A stretch of 64,000 nt of DNA from a virus, in the IMG/VR virus record IMGVR_UViG_3300042520_001372; one strand, 5' to 3'. The notes beneath the pieces are model-generated. The model made no database searches. It was given only the letters and a program-made list of their open reading frames with translations, and was not told the origin of the DNA. Position 1 is the first letter of the stretch. Every line of letters begins with the position of its first letter. Of this stretch, positions 54,736-63,837 are shown in pieces. A program made the position numbers and the translations under genes.

Positions 54736-54953
54736 TGCTCACCTCCTCCGTAGGTTTGTTGGTAGTATTGTTCGCCCGAAACACATTGTAAATTGTTCAC
54801 TCCTTTCATTTTGATTCCGTGAGCCCATATAATTTCACTCTTATGCATTGCCATATGCTCCTCTAATATAGCATACCAAATGAATTTATCCTTTGGTGTA
54901 TCCCATAACTTGTGGAATAACTGTTCTATTGATGTTTGTTTATTGTTGCTCAT
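54732..54953 (-). CDS. KQTAVEWL...EQYY-family small protein, paralog 2
   Basis: MSNNKQTSIEQL...EQYYQQTYGGGEQ. Confidence 0.75.
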   Translation of the reverse strand: MSNNKQTSIEQLFHKLWDTPKDKFIWYAILEEHMAMHKSEIIWAHGIKMKGVNNLQCVSGEQYYQQTYGGGEQ

Positions 54954-55158
54954 TTATTATGCCTTTTTTCAATACAGCTTTAATTTTCCACATATACTCT
55001 CTATAAAGCATATAACTGTGTCTTGCTTGTTGACCGCCCTTTACATTGTGTAAATCTGAAATCATGTCGTCCATTAATCTAGATAAGAAATCTAAATCCT
55101 CAAACACATTTTTTAATGTATTTTCATCCATGTTTACTGTTTTCATATTATTGCTCAT
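54940..55158 (-). CDS. hypothetical protein
   Basis: MSNN start overlapping the upstream NEQ stop. Confidence 0.6.
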   Translation of the reverse strand: MSNNMKTVNMDENTLKNVFEDLDFLSRLMDDMISDLHNVKGGQQARHSYMLYREYMWKIKAVLKKGIINEQQ

Positions 55159-55318
55159 TATTTTTATAAATTACAATACCCCATTTTAACCAACCTATTA
55201 CAATAACACCATTCCCAAATCTTTCCCTAAAAGATTGTTTGTAGTAATAAATTGTAGGAAGTATTTCTACTATATTTTCAAAATACTCAAACCTAATTTT
55301 AATTTTACTGTTACTCAT
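55148..55318 (-). CDS. hypothetical protein
   Basis: Start corrected to MSNSK. Confidence 0.55.
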   Translation of the reverse strand: MSNSKIKIRFEYFENIVEILPTIYYYKQSFRERFGNGVIVIGWLKWGIVIYKNNEQ

Positions 55319-55628
55319 TGCTGTTAAATACTTTAGGAAGTTCATCTAATGTCATTCTACTATTATCGGCTTGCATTTTATACAATTCATCTTGTACTTT
55401 ATCATAGATATTTATTCTACTCATAATCCTAGGATCATTTGATTCTACTGATATAAATTCTAATGTTAGAATAAGTCGTTTAACACCTATTAAAGCACAT
55501 TGTATTGCTTCTTTATAACGTCTATCACAGCTCATAAGCCCATGATTTAATGAACCATTATTAGGCAGTGCGTAATAATATTCATGAATAATTTCTAGTG
55601 CTACTCTTCTATATTGATCTATTTCCAT
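55311..55628 (-). CDS. hypothetical protein
   Basis: A.QCALI.V motif. Confidence 0.65.
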   Translation of the reverse strand: MEIDQYRRVALEIIHEYYYALPNNGSLNHGLMSCDRRYKEAIQCALIGVKRLILTLEFISVESNDPRIMSRINIYDKVQDELYKMQADNSRMTLDELPKVFNSNE

Positions 55629-55629
55629 A

Positions 55630-55908
55630 TTACCATTGACTTAAAGTGTAGATTAATTTAGCAACATCACTTGCTGTTTGACGAGGCATAACATCACTTC
55701 CATCTACAATCTCAAACCATCTCTCTCCATCAGTCATCAACCAATTCCCTTGATTATCCCAAGCAGCTACTTCTGCTGTTGTTTCACCAGCATCACTGTA
55801 GGTGTGCTTGCCGAACTGAACGCTAATAGTACATCCGTTTTCGAAGGTCATTTGGAAGCCCTTATTGTAGCCTCTCTCAACCATTGTCTTAAATGCTTTA
55901 TCTTTCAT
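55630..55908 (-). CDS. hypothetical protein
   Basis: GF.MTFENG.TISVQF...AEVA.W; promoter at about 55924. Confidence 0.75.
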   Translation of the reverse strand: MKDKAFKTMVERGYNKGFQMTFENGCTISVQFGKHTYSDAGETTAEVAAWDNQGNWLMTDGERWFEIVDGSDVMPRQTASDVAKLIYTLSQW

Positions 55909-55966
55909 AACTTTTATTTATACTAATATACGAAAAAAGGCTCACATAAGCAAGCCTTTCCTCAAA

Positions 55967-56617
55967 TTAATCCATGTCTTTTTCTGTAGAAGACCTAGTT
56001 TGTTTCTTTTCTAATTCTTCTAATTGCCTTTCTAAACGATCAATACTACCCCAGATAATACTTGCTTTAGGATCTAGTCTCATAATATCAGCTACTAACT
56101 CTTCCTGCCTGCCTCTGCTATAAAACCCACTTTCAATATCATCAGCTAGATCTTGCAAATGTTTAGGTGCATGAATAGAGATACGTAGGTCATAGTCTTG
56201 CCATTTAGTCTTCCAATCTACAAAAGCAATACCTTTAGTTAGCTTGCGTAGTAAGTTATGCAAAGTCCAGTTACGAACTCTTACAATAGATTTATCACTA
56301 CCAAACACATGTAAGAAGCGTAAAAACCATCTTGGGCAGAATTTAGGCTTAGCTTCATAGTCCATAGCGAGTACTAGAGGATAAAGAGCATTAAAGTAAT
56401 CACCTCCTTCATCCCATATTTGTGTTCCTAAATACCCATACTTCTCAAATCCTTTAGGAAAGAATATGAAACGGAAATCATCTAACTCTATGTTACGAGT
56501 ATAAATCCTTCCTTTACTGCGTCCTCTCCAAAATAATATACTATACTTGATATTATCTAAACGCTCTTTAAGCGTTGGTGGTTTGTAAAATTTACTATTT
56601 TTATCTATTTTGCTCAT
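55967..56617 (-). CDS. hypothetical protein
   Basis: Start corrected to MSKID. Confidence 0.75.
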   Translation of the reverse strand: MSKIDKNSKFYKPPTLKERLDNIKYSILFWRGRSKGRIYTRNIELDDFRFIFFPKGFEKYGYLGTQIWDEGGDYFNALYPLVLAMDYEAKPKFCPRWFLRFLHVFGSDKSIVRVRNWTLHNLLRKLTKGIAFVDWKTKWQDYDLRISIHAPKHLQDLADDIESGFYSRGRQEELVADIMRLDPKASIIWGSIDRLERQLEELEKKQTRSSTEKDMD

Positions 56618-56619
56618 AA

Positions 56620-56976
56620 TTATCTTCCGTAAAAAGTTCCGTAGAACCAGTTTGACCAACTGCGTTTCATTTTAGTTACTTTGATATCTACCCGTCGTTT
56701 TGCACAAGTAATCATATAAGTCTTTGGCTTTCCTTCTAAGCTTCTAGTATACTGCTTTAAAGCTTTGCCAAAATCTATCTTATAGATACTAAACAGGAAC
56801 CAGAATAGTTTCTGCTGATGATAGTCGTCAAAGATCCATCGACCGCTCTTGTAAGTAGCTAATTTGCTGTTAGTAGTTGAACCTTCATGCCCGCTGAATA
56901 GTTCAAAATGATCTCGTTGAGGTTTAAAAACCAGGTACTCGGTTTCGCTTAAATTGTAAATGAATGTATTTTCCAT
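56620..56976 (-). CDS. hypothetical protein
   Basis: 118-aa ORF. Confidence 0.7.
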   Translation of the reverse strand: MENTFIYNLSETEYLVFKPQRDHFELFSGHEGSTTNSKLATYKSGRWIFDDYHQQKLFWFLFSIYKIDFGKALKQYTRSLEGKPKTYMITCAKRRVDIKVTKMKRSWSNWFYGTFYGR

Positions 56977-57134
56977 AACTTTTATTTCTTATATCGATTT
57001 TCAAAAGAGTATTTTTGAACTGCTGCCACAATAAGGGCGATTAATCCGTAGAGGAATAGTACTGCTAAATATTTCATAACTTATTTTTTTTATCTTATAC
57101 TTAAGATACGAACAATAATTCAATAAAGCAACTA

Positions 57135-58166
57135 TTAGTAAACTTTTCCTAAATCATCAGTCTTAGCTCGATTAGAAGCTTCCTGTATCTTTGATCTCTT
57201 ACCCCAGGCTGAAAGATGCTTATCGTTTTCGATAGTTTCAATTTGGGTCTGTAGAGGGGGTTTCTGTTCTCCGGTGTAAACTTCGTAAGGTTCTTTTTCT
57301 TCATCTTCGATTTTCCAATCATCCTCCTCTTCTTTAACTAAGGGTGCGTCTAACCATTCCTTATCTTCTTCAGTTAATTTAGGAGTAGGCTGTTCTTCCT
57401 TCTTTGTAAAAGCAAAGTTAGCAGCAATCACCAAAGCAATCGCCAATGGATCAAATACAAAAATAATAACCAGTAAGAACCAGTTGATGATTTTATCCAT
57501 GGGCTGTCCTGTAAGCCCGGAAAGGTATTTCAAAGGACCTAACTCAGAAGAAACTGTTGAGTTTGTTTTAACTTCTAAAATTTTATTCTCTAATGAGAAG
57601 ATAGAATCATTAACTCTATCGAGTTTACTGGAAAGTTTCTCGTCTGAATTAGATGCTGATTCGATTTGTTTGATGCTTGCATTATTGGACCTAACTACTA
57701 AGTTACCTTTTTTGTCTGTGAATTGAGTTGTTGATCCTTTAGATAAACTCTCTTTTAATCCGGCTAAAGATTGTTTCTCTTTGTAGATTCCTTCTTGGGT
57801 CTGCTGATAAAGTTTCTTCTTAGTTTCAAGAGCAAGGATCTGCTGGTCGACAATGGTTGCTTTATTTGCTGTCTCTTGATAGGCTGATGATAAGAATCCG
57901 TAAATACCTGCCGAGGTGATCAGGATTAACACAAAGGCTGCAATTGTTAGATAGGTTCTTAGTACCTTATTTAATTCAGACCAGTATTGATATAGGAGTG
58001 AAGCAGTAACTAGTTTAGCTACTTCTAGTGATCCAGCCATGATTCCTACTGCCAAAGATGCTCCGGCAAATAATTTCATTATACCGGACACAGAATAGAA
58101 TGCAGCTGAAGCTGAAACTGCTAGAGCTGAGAATGCAATAATATATGGAAACAGTTTTTTACCCAT
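57135..58166 (-). CDS. multi-TM plus coiled-coil membrane protein
   Basis: Three N-terminal TMs, LEVAKLV, TS.GIYGFLS, coiled coil, ELGPLKYL, IIFVFDPLAI. Confidence 0.8.
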   Translation of the reverse strand: MGKKLFPYIIAFSALAVSASAAFYSVSGIMKLFAGASLAVGIMAGSLEVAKLVTASLLYQYWSELNKVLRTYLTIAAFVLILITSAGIYGFLSSAYQETANKATIVDQQILALETKKKLYQQTQEGIYKEKQSLAGLKESLSKGSTTQFTDKKGNLVVRSNNASIKQIESASNSDEKLSSKLDRVNDSIFSLENKILEVKTNSTVSSELGPLKYLSGLTGQPMDKIINWFLLVIIFVFDPLAIALVIAANFAFTKKEEQPTPKLTEEDKEWLDAPLVKEEEDDWKIEDEEKEPYEVYTGEQKPPLQTQIETIENDKHLSAWGKRSKIQEASNRAKTDDLGKVY

Positions 58167-58202
58167 ACTCTTAATGTATGTAATAAATAACTAAAGGGCA
58201 AG

Positions 58203-58604
58203 TTATTCTGATTTATGTTTATCGATCTTATCTAGGATCGCTGTCAAAGCTTCATTCTTAATGAAGCCGGCCTGTGCTGCATTCTTTAATGCACTGATTA
58301 CCTGAAATACTATTAATGGGATTAGAATCGTTTCTGATAACCAGGATGTTCCTTTGAATCCAGCTTCAACCATTATTAAGGCCGTCAAGGTTATGATCCA
58401 GGCAGTTAATGTTTTTAAGATTCTAACTGCTTTGTAAGTCTTAAAGCCTTCTCTTTTAGTTCCGGCAATGATACCGAAAAAACCATCCATGAAGATTACT
58501 GCAACAACGGCAAGGTACTGCTCTGAGTTTTCCATTGCTAGGTTAAAAAAGTAGCTGCAAATGAATGCAAATGCTGCTGATGTTGCAAGAATCGTCGTCT
58601 TCAT
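58203..58604 (-). CDS. phage holin-like protein
   Basis: 3-4 TMs, D...G, S.L.N...G pattern; in lysis cluster. Confidence 0.65.
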   Translation of the reverse strand: MKTTILATSAAFAFICSYFFNLAMENSEQYLAVVAVIFMDGFFGIIAGTKREGFKTYKAVRILKTLTAWIITLTALIMVEAGFKGTSWLSETILIPLIVFQVISALKNAAQAGFIKNEALTAILDKIDKHKSE

Positions 58605-58605
58605 A

Positions 58606-58986
58606 TTATCCTATAAAATCATCTAAGTGGTCTGGAATGCCGTCACCGTCAACGTCGCATATTTCAACGTATCCGAATGCTTTCATAAAACTAGCCACTC
58701 TCTCTTTTAGATCATTGTCTGTATCTTCAAACCAATCTTCTTTTAGATTGTCATGATCTAAGATAGCAATCAGTGCGCTATAAATTTTATCAACATTCTC
58801 AACCAGGTAGATGTCGGATGCCATAAAGTCTAAGCTAAAAGCATAATCATCAATCTGTGGAATTTTAGTTAAAGAATCAATTTTACCAATCTTCTTTTCT
58901 TTTAAAGGCATTTCTTTGCCGAACTTATGAACGTATTCGCCCACGTAGATGTAACCCTGTCCTTCTGGTAATGTAAATTCGCTCAT
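58606..58986 (-). CDS. hypothetical protein with C-terminal DxDGDGIPD Ca-binding-like motif
   Basis: GYIYV...KIG N-terminus; DVDGDGIPDHLDD. Confidence 0.65.
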   Translation of the reverse strand: MSEFTLPEGQGYIYVGEYVHKFGKEMPLKEKKIGKIDSLTKIPQIDDYAFSLDFMASDIYLVENVDKIYSALIAILDHDNLKEDWFEDTDNDLKERVASFMKAFGYVEICDVDGDGIPDHLDDFIG

Positions 58987-58987
58987 C

Positions 58988-59821
58988 TTATTTTAGTAAA
59001 TTGTAATACTCTTTGAAATGTTTAATTCTGTCAGCAAGTCCAATTGTACCACCGTTAACCCTTTTAGTAACTGCAGTAACTGTTGCATCATCTGCTCCTC
59101 TGTCGCAAATGCCCCATAGCTTATTTGTATCAAAGAACCAAGCAGCTGATGCTAAAGGATACTTTGTAGCTACTAAATCTGGATTGGTTGTTGTATCCTC
59201 AGGAACAAACTTGTCGAAAGCCATGTAATTTGCTTTTCCGGTCAATTGAATGTAACCTCTTCCTCTGAATTTAAAACCTTCTCCTGTTGCTTCTACTCCA
59301 TTACCCATTCTACCTCCGTAGACTCTTGAAGCAATCTTTTCTGGCTTACGAGCATAAGCTTCAGCTAAAGCCAAAGTTGGAAAGTATTTTCCAAAGATGC
59401 CCTGTAGTCCTTTTGAGGAGTAGTTTAAATTCTCCTGAACGGCTTTAAACCCACCTGATTCATGGCCGCATTGGGCCAAGAAGTGAGCAAGTCTTAAAGG
59501 AGAGGTGATATTAAATTTTACAGCAGTGTCAGCAATTTGAGCTATTACTGCGTCGGGAATGTGTCCCTTTAGTTTGTCTAATTTAAATGGACCTGATGGG
59601 ATAGAAGCTGCAGCTGGTGCAGGGGCAGTACCTGGAGTTGTCCCGAACATCTTATTCCATGTTCCGTCTCCTACTATACCGTCAGCAGTTAATGCATTAG
59701 CTCTTTGCCATGCCTTGACCGCTTCTTCTGTCTTAGGTCCAAAAGTACCTATTGCTTCAACGCCTAATTTGGCTTGAAGTTTTTTAACGTCTTCGTTATT
59801 ATCACCTCTTTTTAGTAACAT
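58988..59821 (-). CDS. endolysin: PG-binding domain plus GH19
   Basis: L..G....VK.LQ...FG..TE.AVK.WQ...L.ADGIVG..TW; HFLAQ..HESG, ENLNYS, RGRG.IQLTG..NY, NGG..GL.DR. Confidence 0.93.
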   Translation of the reverse strand: MLLKRGDNNEDVKKLQAKLGVEAIGTFGPKTEEAVKAWQRANALTADGIVGDGTWNKMFGTTPGTAPAPAAASIPSGPFKLDKLKGHIPDAVIAQIADTAVKFNITSPLRLAHFLAQCGHESGGFKAVQENLNYSSKGLQGIFGKYFPTLALAEAYARKPEKIASRVYGGRMGNGVEATGEGFKFRGRGYIQLTGKANYMAFDKFVPEDTTTNPDLVATKYPLASAAWFFDTNKLWGICDRGADDATVTAVTKRVNGGTIGLADRIKHFKEYYNLLK

Positions 59822-59823
59822 GA

Positions 59824-60093
59824 TTACCCTTCTTCTTCTTCTTGTTTTGGACTTTCGATGTCTTTCTTTCTGTTAGTCCATTTGTCAATAGATGCAATAC
59901 CGAATGAACCTAACACCATTACCATAAATCCGTCGAAGATAATTTTGTTAACAACAAATTCTTTACCTGCATAGCCGGTGATAATGTCTACTAAGAATGC
60001 TATACAAAGCATTAAGAATGCGATGAAACCCACAACGCTTTTTTCGTTGATTGAGTTGTTATCGTCAAATAATTGATGGAAAAATTTTTTCAT
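59824..60093 (-). CDS. two-TM holin/antiholin-like protein
   Basis: Two TMs, charged tail, directly upstream of the endolysin. Confidence 0.65.
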   Translation of the reverse strand: MKKFFHQLFDDNNSINEKSVVGFIAFLMLCIAFLVDIITGYAGKEFVVNKIIFDGFMVMVLGSFGIASIDKWTNRKKDIESPKQEEEEG

Positions 60094-60117
60094 ATCTTTT
60101 TTCTTTTGTTATAAATA

Positions 60118-60567
60118 TCAGAACTTTTTGGAAGCATCCTTAAGACTGGCTTGTAATGCTTTAGAAAATGCTTTTTTATTCAAAGGAACCTCACCATTTT
60201 CAACATTTAAGAACATTGCAAAGACGAAAGTGCGTCTTTCTCCTATTCCTTCCCAAGTTCCTGTATTAAAGGCTACTGAAGTTTTAACAATATAATCCTT
60301 TCTTAACCATTGAATGCCCATAATATTAAGCATTTGCTGTGGAGAATAAACAGAATCGATATAAACAGTGACTGTAAACCCTGAAGAATCTTTAGGAGAG
60401 TATCCTTTCTGTTCAATAATATATTCCTCAACTGTTTCTTTTACCCCGAAGGTAATGTCTCTTCCTCCAACCTTTTCAATTTTAGTATTGTTAACAACAT
60501 CAACATGGAAGAAGGTTGAATCGGCAGGAGCCAAAGCAAATAAAACGGTAGCAAGTAGGTTTAACAT
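60118..60567 (-). CDS. exported protein, CsgG/TolB-N-like fold candidate
   Basis: Signal peptide; V.N......FGVK...EE...GY pattern. Confidence 0.55.
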   Translation of the reverse strand: MLNLLATVLFALAPADSTFFHVDVVNNTKIEKVGGRDITFGVKETVEEYIIEQKGYSPKDSSGFTVTVYIDSVYSPQQMLNIMGIQWLRKDYIVKTSVAFNTGTWEGIGERRTFVFAMFLNVENGEVPLNKKAFSKALQASLKDASKKF

Positions 60568-60579
60568 CTGTTATAAATA

Positions 60580-61785
60580 TTAGTAAGTTACTGCCCCGGA
60601 GTATCCTGGTGCAATGATATAGAGGTTAAGTGTTCCTCCTGATGTTAAAGTGGAGGTAGTATGGTTAGTTACTCCCGGATAAGTTGCTCTTAGGTTTGTT
60701 GTACCTGCAGCAATAGCATTGTACTGAGCAGTTGTAAAGATTCTCACATCAGGAGCTATTCTCCATTTAGAAAACCTACCAGCCTTCCTTGCAGCAACGT
60801 AGTATTTGTCTGCAACAGAAATTATTCCATCGTCATTTACATCAAACATATGAAATGATAAACCGGTTCTAGCAGTCTTATTTAAAACAGTATTTGAAAC
60901 AGCTTGAATGTCTGCTGTAGTATAGGCCTGTATTCTGGTTGGAGCGTCTACTTGAATTGTAAATTGATCACCGGCTGCTGTAGTTCTTGAAAAAGAATAA
61001 TATCCTGATGAGTTTGTATTTGCGGTAGCATCTAATGAAGTGGAGGATGTTGTAGTACTTGAGGATGTATTTATCTCCCAGCTAGTACCCGAGAAGGAAC
61101 CTGAAGTAACTAATGTGCTTGCTAACCAAGCACTACCTGTTGATATACCCATCACCTCCTGGTTAGAACCATCTGCAGTAAATGTTCTCCAAACCACTAT
61201 CTGCTTTGAAGCTTGATTTTTAATGAAATATAAATCCCAGGTGTAGTTTACTCCTGTCTGATTGTATTTGCAATTACCTTCGTATCTTACTCTAAACACG
61301 TCTCCGTAAGTTGCATCTGTGTAACTTTCAGTTGAAACATAAGAAACGTTGTTGTCTGTAGAGCTATTATCTACCGAACCTATATGAATGGTTGGTTGAT
61401 TAGGACTAGTAGCATTTCCATTATATCCTGAGCTTGAGCTTGTTCCAAAACAAAACCAAGAGTTAGCATTTACGTGACCTGATGAATAAGTAGTACCTGC
61501 ATAAGAAGGACTAAACCCAGAAGGAAAAGTAACAGCAACAGATGTTTCATCTGTATTAGCACTAGAAAAAAGCACTGAGGTTCCTCTTCCTCTATCAGAA
61601 GGAATACCTGATGTTATTTTAGCTAGAGTACCTGATTTAGTAGTAGCACCTGCTGTACTTTTATAAAGTTTTACCGGAACATTATTTGCTCCAGATCCGT
61701 TTGCGTTGTAGAGGTAACCTGAGTAGGTAAATTGACCCATCAGGGAGTTAGTTAAAAAAAATAGTATAGCTATTAACCACCTCAT
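60580..61785 (-). CDS. exported S/T/G-rich beta protein with dockerin-like EF-hand
   Basis: Signal peptide; SG.LY...G..NVPV.L and T.TNSSGYYSF Ig-like halves; DVNDDGIISVAD. Confidence 0.65.
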   Translation of the reverse strand: MRWLIAILFFLTNSLMGQFTYSGYLYNANGSGANNVPVKLYKSTAGATTKSGTLAKITSGIPSDRGRGTSVLFSSANTDETSVAVTFPSGFSPSYAGTTYSSGHVNANSWFCFGTSSSSGYNGNATSPNQPTIHIGSVDNSSTDNNVSYVSTESYTDATYGDVFRVRYEGNCKYNQTGVNYTWDLYFIKNQASKQIVVWRTFTADGSNQEVMGISTGSAWLASTLVTSGSFSGTSWEINTSSSTTTSSTSLDATANTNSSGYYSFSRTTAAGDQFTIQVDAPTRIQAYTTADIQAVSNTVLNKTARTGLSFHMFDVNDDGIISVADKYYVAARKAGRFSKWRIAPDVRIFTTAQYNAIAAGTTNLRATYPGVTNHTTSTLTSGGTLNLYIIAPGYSGAVTY

Positions 61786-63167
61786 ATTTTCATTTTTGCT
61801 CCCATTAGTATTTGGTAGTTTAGGATATCCTTACCGGCAATATAAGTACCTCCGGCAGTAATTCCAACTCCAAACGTCTTAGTTAGTCTGTAATTAAGGT
61901 TTAGGAATGGAATAACGATCGGTTTAGATTCAAAGAGAGACTCTGTGTAGTACTTGGAATACGGTGAATACACACCGGCCATGATCACTGTAGCATCTAA
62001 ACTCTTAGTTACTTTTCCTTTATACATAAAACCACCAATAACGATAGTTGAAATCATTTCTTCTCCGAACATCTTACCGTAAGAACCAGCTGCACCGTAA
62101 AGTGCTGTAAAGTTTTTAACTGAGTTTACTCTAACAAATAGAGCTGTATTTGTAATTGATTTAGGTAAAATACTTAACCCATCTGAAATTACATTAATGT
62201 GTTTGTTTCCTTTCTTGTTTGCTCCTATCCAAGATCTAACTACTGAGAAGTTTCCAATCTTTGCATTGACCATGTAGTCAGCTGAGAAGCCTATTGAGGC
62301 TGATCCATCTCCTTTTACTTTGGTGAATGAAGCTGTTCCTCTTGCATCCTGTGCTCCATTAGCTTTAGTCTGAACTCCAACAATATCTCCTGTCATTAGG
62401 ATTGCAGGCTTGGCCGTCTCGACCTTGCCTTTACCGGCTGCCTTAGCCGAACTACTGGATTGTGATTTTTGTGTTTCGGTCTTTTGCTCTTCTACTTTCT
62501 CAGCAGAAGGTTCTTCAGTTTTTGGCTCTTCTGTCTTATTGCCTTCCCCACTGCCTGAACCAGACCCCGAACCTGAACCGCTACCGGAACCCGAACCGGA
62601 CGAACCTGACCCCGACGAGCCGTTCCCGCTGCCGCTTCCAGTGCCTGAACCAGGATCACTGCCATTACCGCTAGGAGGAGGAGGATTTCCATCTTCTGAT
62701 TTTTCGTTTGACTGGTTGTTTTCATTTTTTGAATCAACACTTCCCGAACCAGATGAGGTTGTACCGCCAACGTTATTACCTACTCCTGCACCAGCAGAGC
62801 TACCAACGGATGAAAAATCTAAATTCGAAATTGAATTTAGGTTCATAACGTTGTTAACAATGTTTGAAACCGTATTTGTTTGAGTGGTAGTTGTGGTGGT
62901 TGTAACTGCCCCTTGACAAGGTGATGTTGTTTTGTACTGGTTATAAATATTATTCATCCATAAATCAAAAGTACCATCTTGCAGTTCTAGGTAGCTGAAT
63001 GCTTTTACTTGTCCGTAGTATGCAATTACAATCGGAGTAGACATATCAGCATTAATAAATTTGATCTCTTTAGTGCAAGGATCAACGTACGAATACATAA
63101 AGGACTGCCCGTTTAGAGACAGTCCTATCATGAATAAAAAAAATAATATTTTAGTTTTTAAAGACAC
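61782..63167 (-). CDS. exported protein with G/S linker and probable C-terminal beta-barrel
   Basis: Signal peptide; two Cys in the N-domain; TTTT and GSGS low-complexity linker; about 210 aa of amphipathic strands. Confidence 0.6.
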   Translation of the reverse strand: MSLKTKILFFLFMIGLSLNGQSFMYSYVDPCTKEIKFINADMSTPIVIAYYGQVKAFSYLELQDGTFDLWMNNIYNQYKTTSPCQGAVTTTTTTTQTNTVSNIVNNVMNLNSISNLDFSSVGSSAGAGVGNNVGGTTSSGSGSVDSKNENNQSNEKSEDGNPPPPSGNGSDPGSGTGSGSGNGSSGSGSSGSGSGSGSGSGSGSGSGEGNKTEEPKTEEPSAEKVEEQKTETQKSQSSSSAKAAGKGKVETAKPAILMTGDIVGVQTKANGAQDARGTASFTKVKGDGSASIGFSADYMVNAKIGNFSVVRSWIGANKKGNKHINVISDGLSILPKSITNTALFVRVNSVKNFTALYGAAGSYGKMFGEEMISTIVIGGFMYKGKVTKSLDATVIMAGVYSPYSKYYTESLFESKPIVIPFLNLNYRLTKTFGVGITAGGTYIAGKDILNYQILMGAKMKI

Positions 63168-63837
63168 CGTTCCTGATTAAGCTTTCGATTACTTTGGTGG
63201 TAGCAGTCTCTAAAGACTTTCTAGTTGCTTTACCCACAGTACTTTGTGAAAACTTCATATCAAGAGATTTCAAGAACGATTCTCCTACTTTTGTTGACTC
63301 TCCTTCTCCAGATCCGATGTAGACCTGTCCCGTTGTAGCATCAACGAACCTAACTTGGAGACGTATGAAAGTAGTAACAACAACTTTGCTTTTACCCTTT
63401 TCAACAGTCTCATCTTCATCAACAGCAAAATCGGCCACAGTAACATAAACAAAGTAACGAGCAGCTTTAATCTTACCCTTTCCATCAATGGGCTCTTCGA
63501 AGACTCCTTTTTTAGAAGCTTTGAATTGGGTAACCATTCTTTCTTTGATTTCAGCTTTCTCTTCGGTGAATATAAATCTTCTTGTTTCATCTAAATAATC
63601 TAGTACTGATTCGGCAAATCCTAACCCAACGTTCTTCTCTTGAAGGTCTGGGTACAAAGCTAAAACTTTAGTCATATCAACGTTAATTACCTGGACAGCA
63701 TATTTCAAGCTATCTGTGTAATTTGATACTGAAGAGATATCTTTAGTTTCAATAACGTCTTGTTCGGTTGTAGTTTTCATTGAACCACATCCAATCATAA
63801 TAACCAATAAAAAAGCAACAAGGATATTTCTTACCAT
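63151..63837 (-). CDS. CsgG-like lipoprotein
   Basis: Lipobox IGC; G.G....L..T.RF...E, A.Y.V...V.DF, I.LQVRFVD.TTG.V..GSG.G. Confidence 0.75.
   Translation of the reverse strand: MVRNILVAFLLVIMIGCGSMKTTTEQDVIETKDISSVSNYTDSLKYAVQVINVDMTKVLALYPDLQEKNVGLGFAESVLDYLDETRRFIFTEEKAEIKERMVTQFKASKKGVFEEPIDGKGKIKAARYFVYVTVADFAVDEDETVEKGKSKVVVTTFIRLQVRFVDATTGQVYIGSGEGESTKVGESFLKSLDMKFSQSTVGKATRKSLETATTKVIESLIRNGVFKN

Larger units (their letters stand above)
54201..54773. repeat. 42-bp direct repeats at 54201-54242 and 54732-54773
   Basis: TCATTGCTCACCTCCTCCGTAGGTTT(CGTT/GTTG)GTAGTATTGTTC; 3 mismatches. Confidence 0.85.

Noticed and set aside
54201-54773. Diversity-generating retroelement TR/VR pair
   Set aside because: The repeat is only 42 bp, both copies are coding gene ends, and no reverse transcriptase is present in the window
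62550-62680. Repeat element in the GAACC-rich tract
   Set aside because: It simply encodes the GSGS linker of the 461-aa protein
226-63594. Plus-strand ORFs in the track (e.g. 226-507, 6831-7121, 45347-45682, 62410-62883) and nested minus-strand alternative frames
   Set aside because: They are shadows of well-supported minus-strand genes or tRNAs and have no motifs or expression signals
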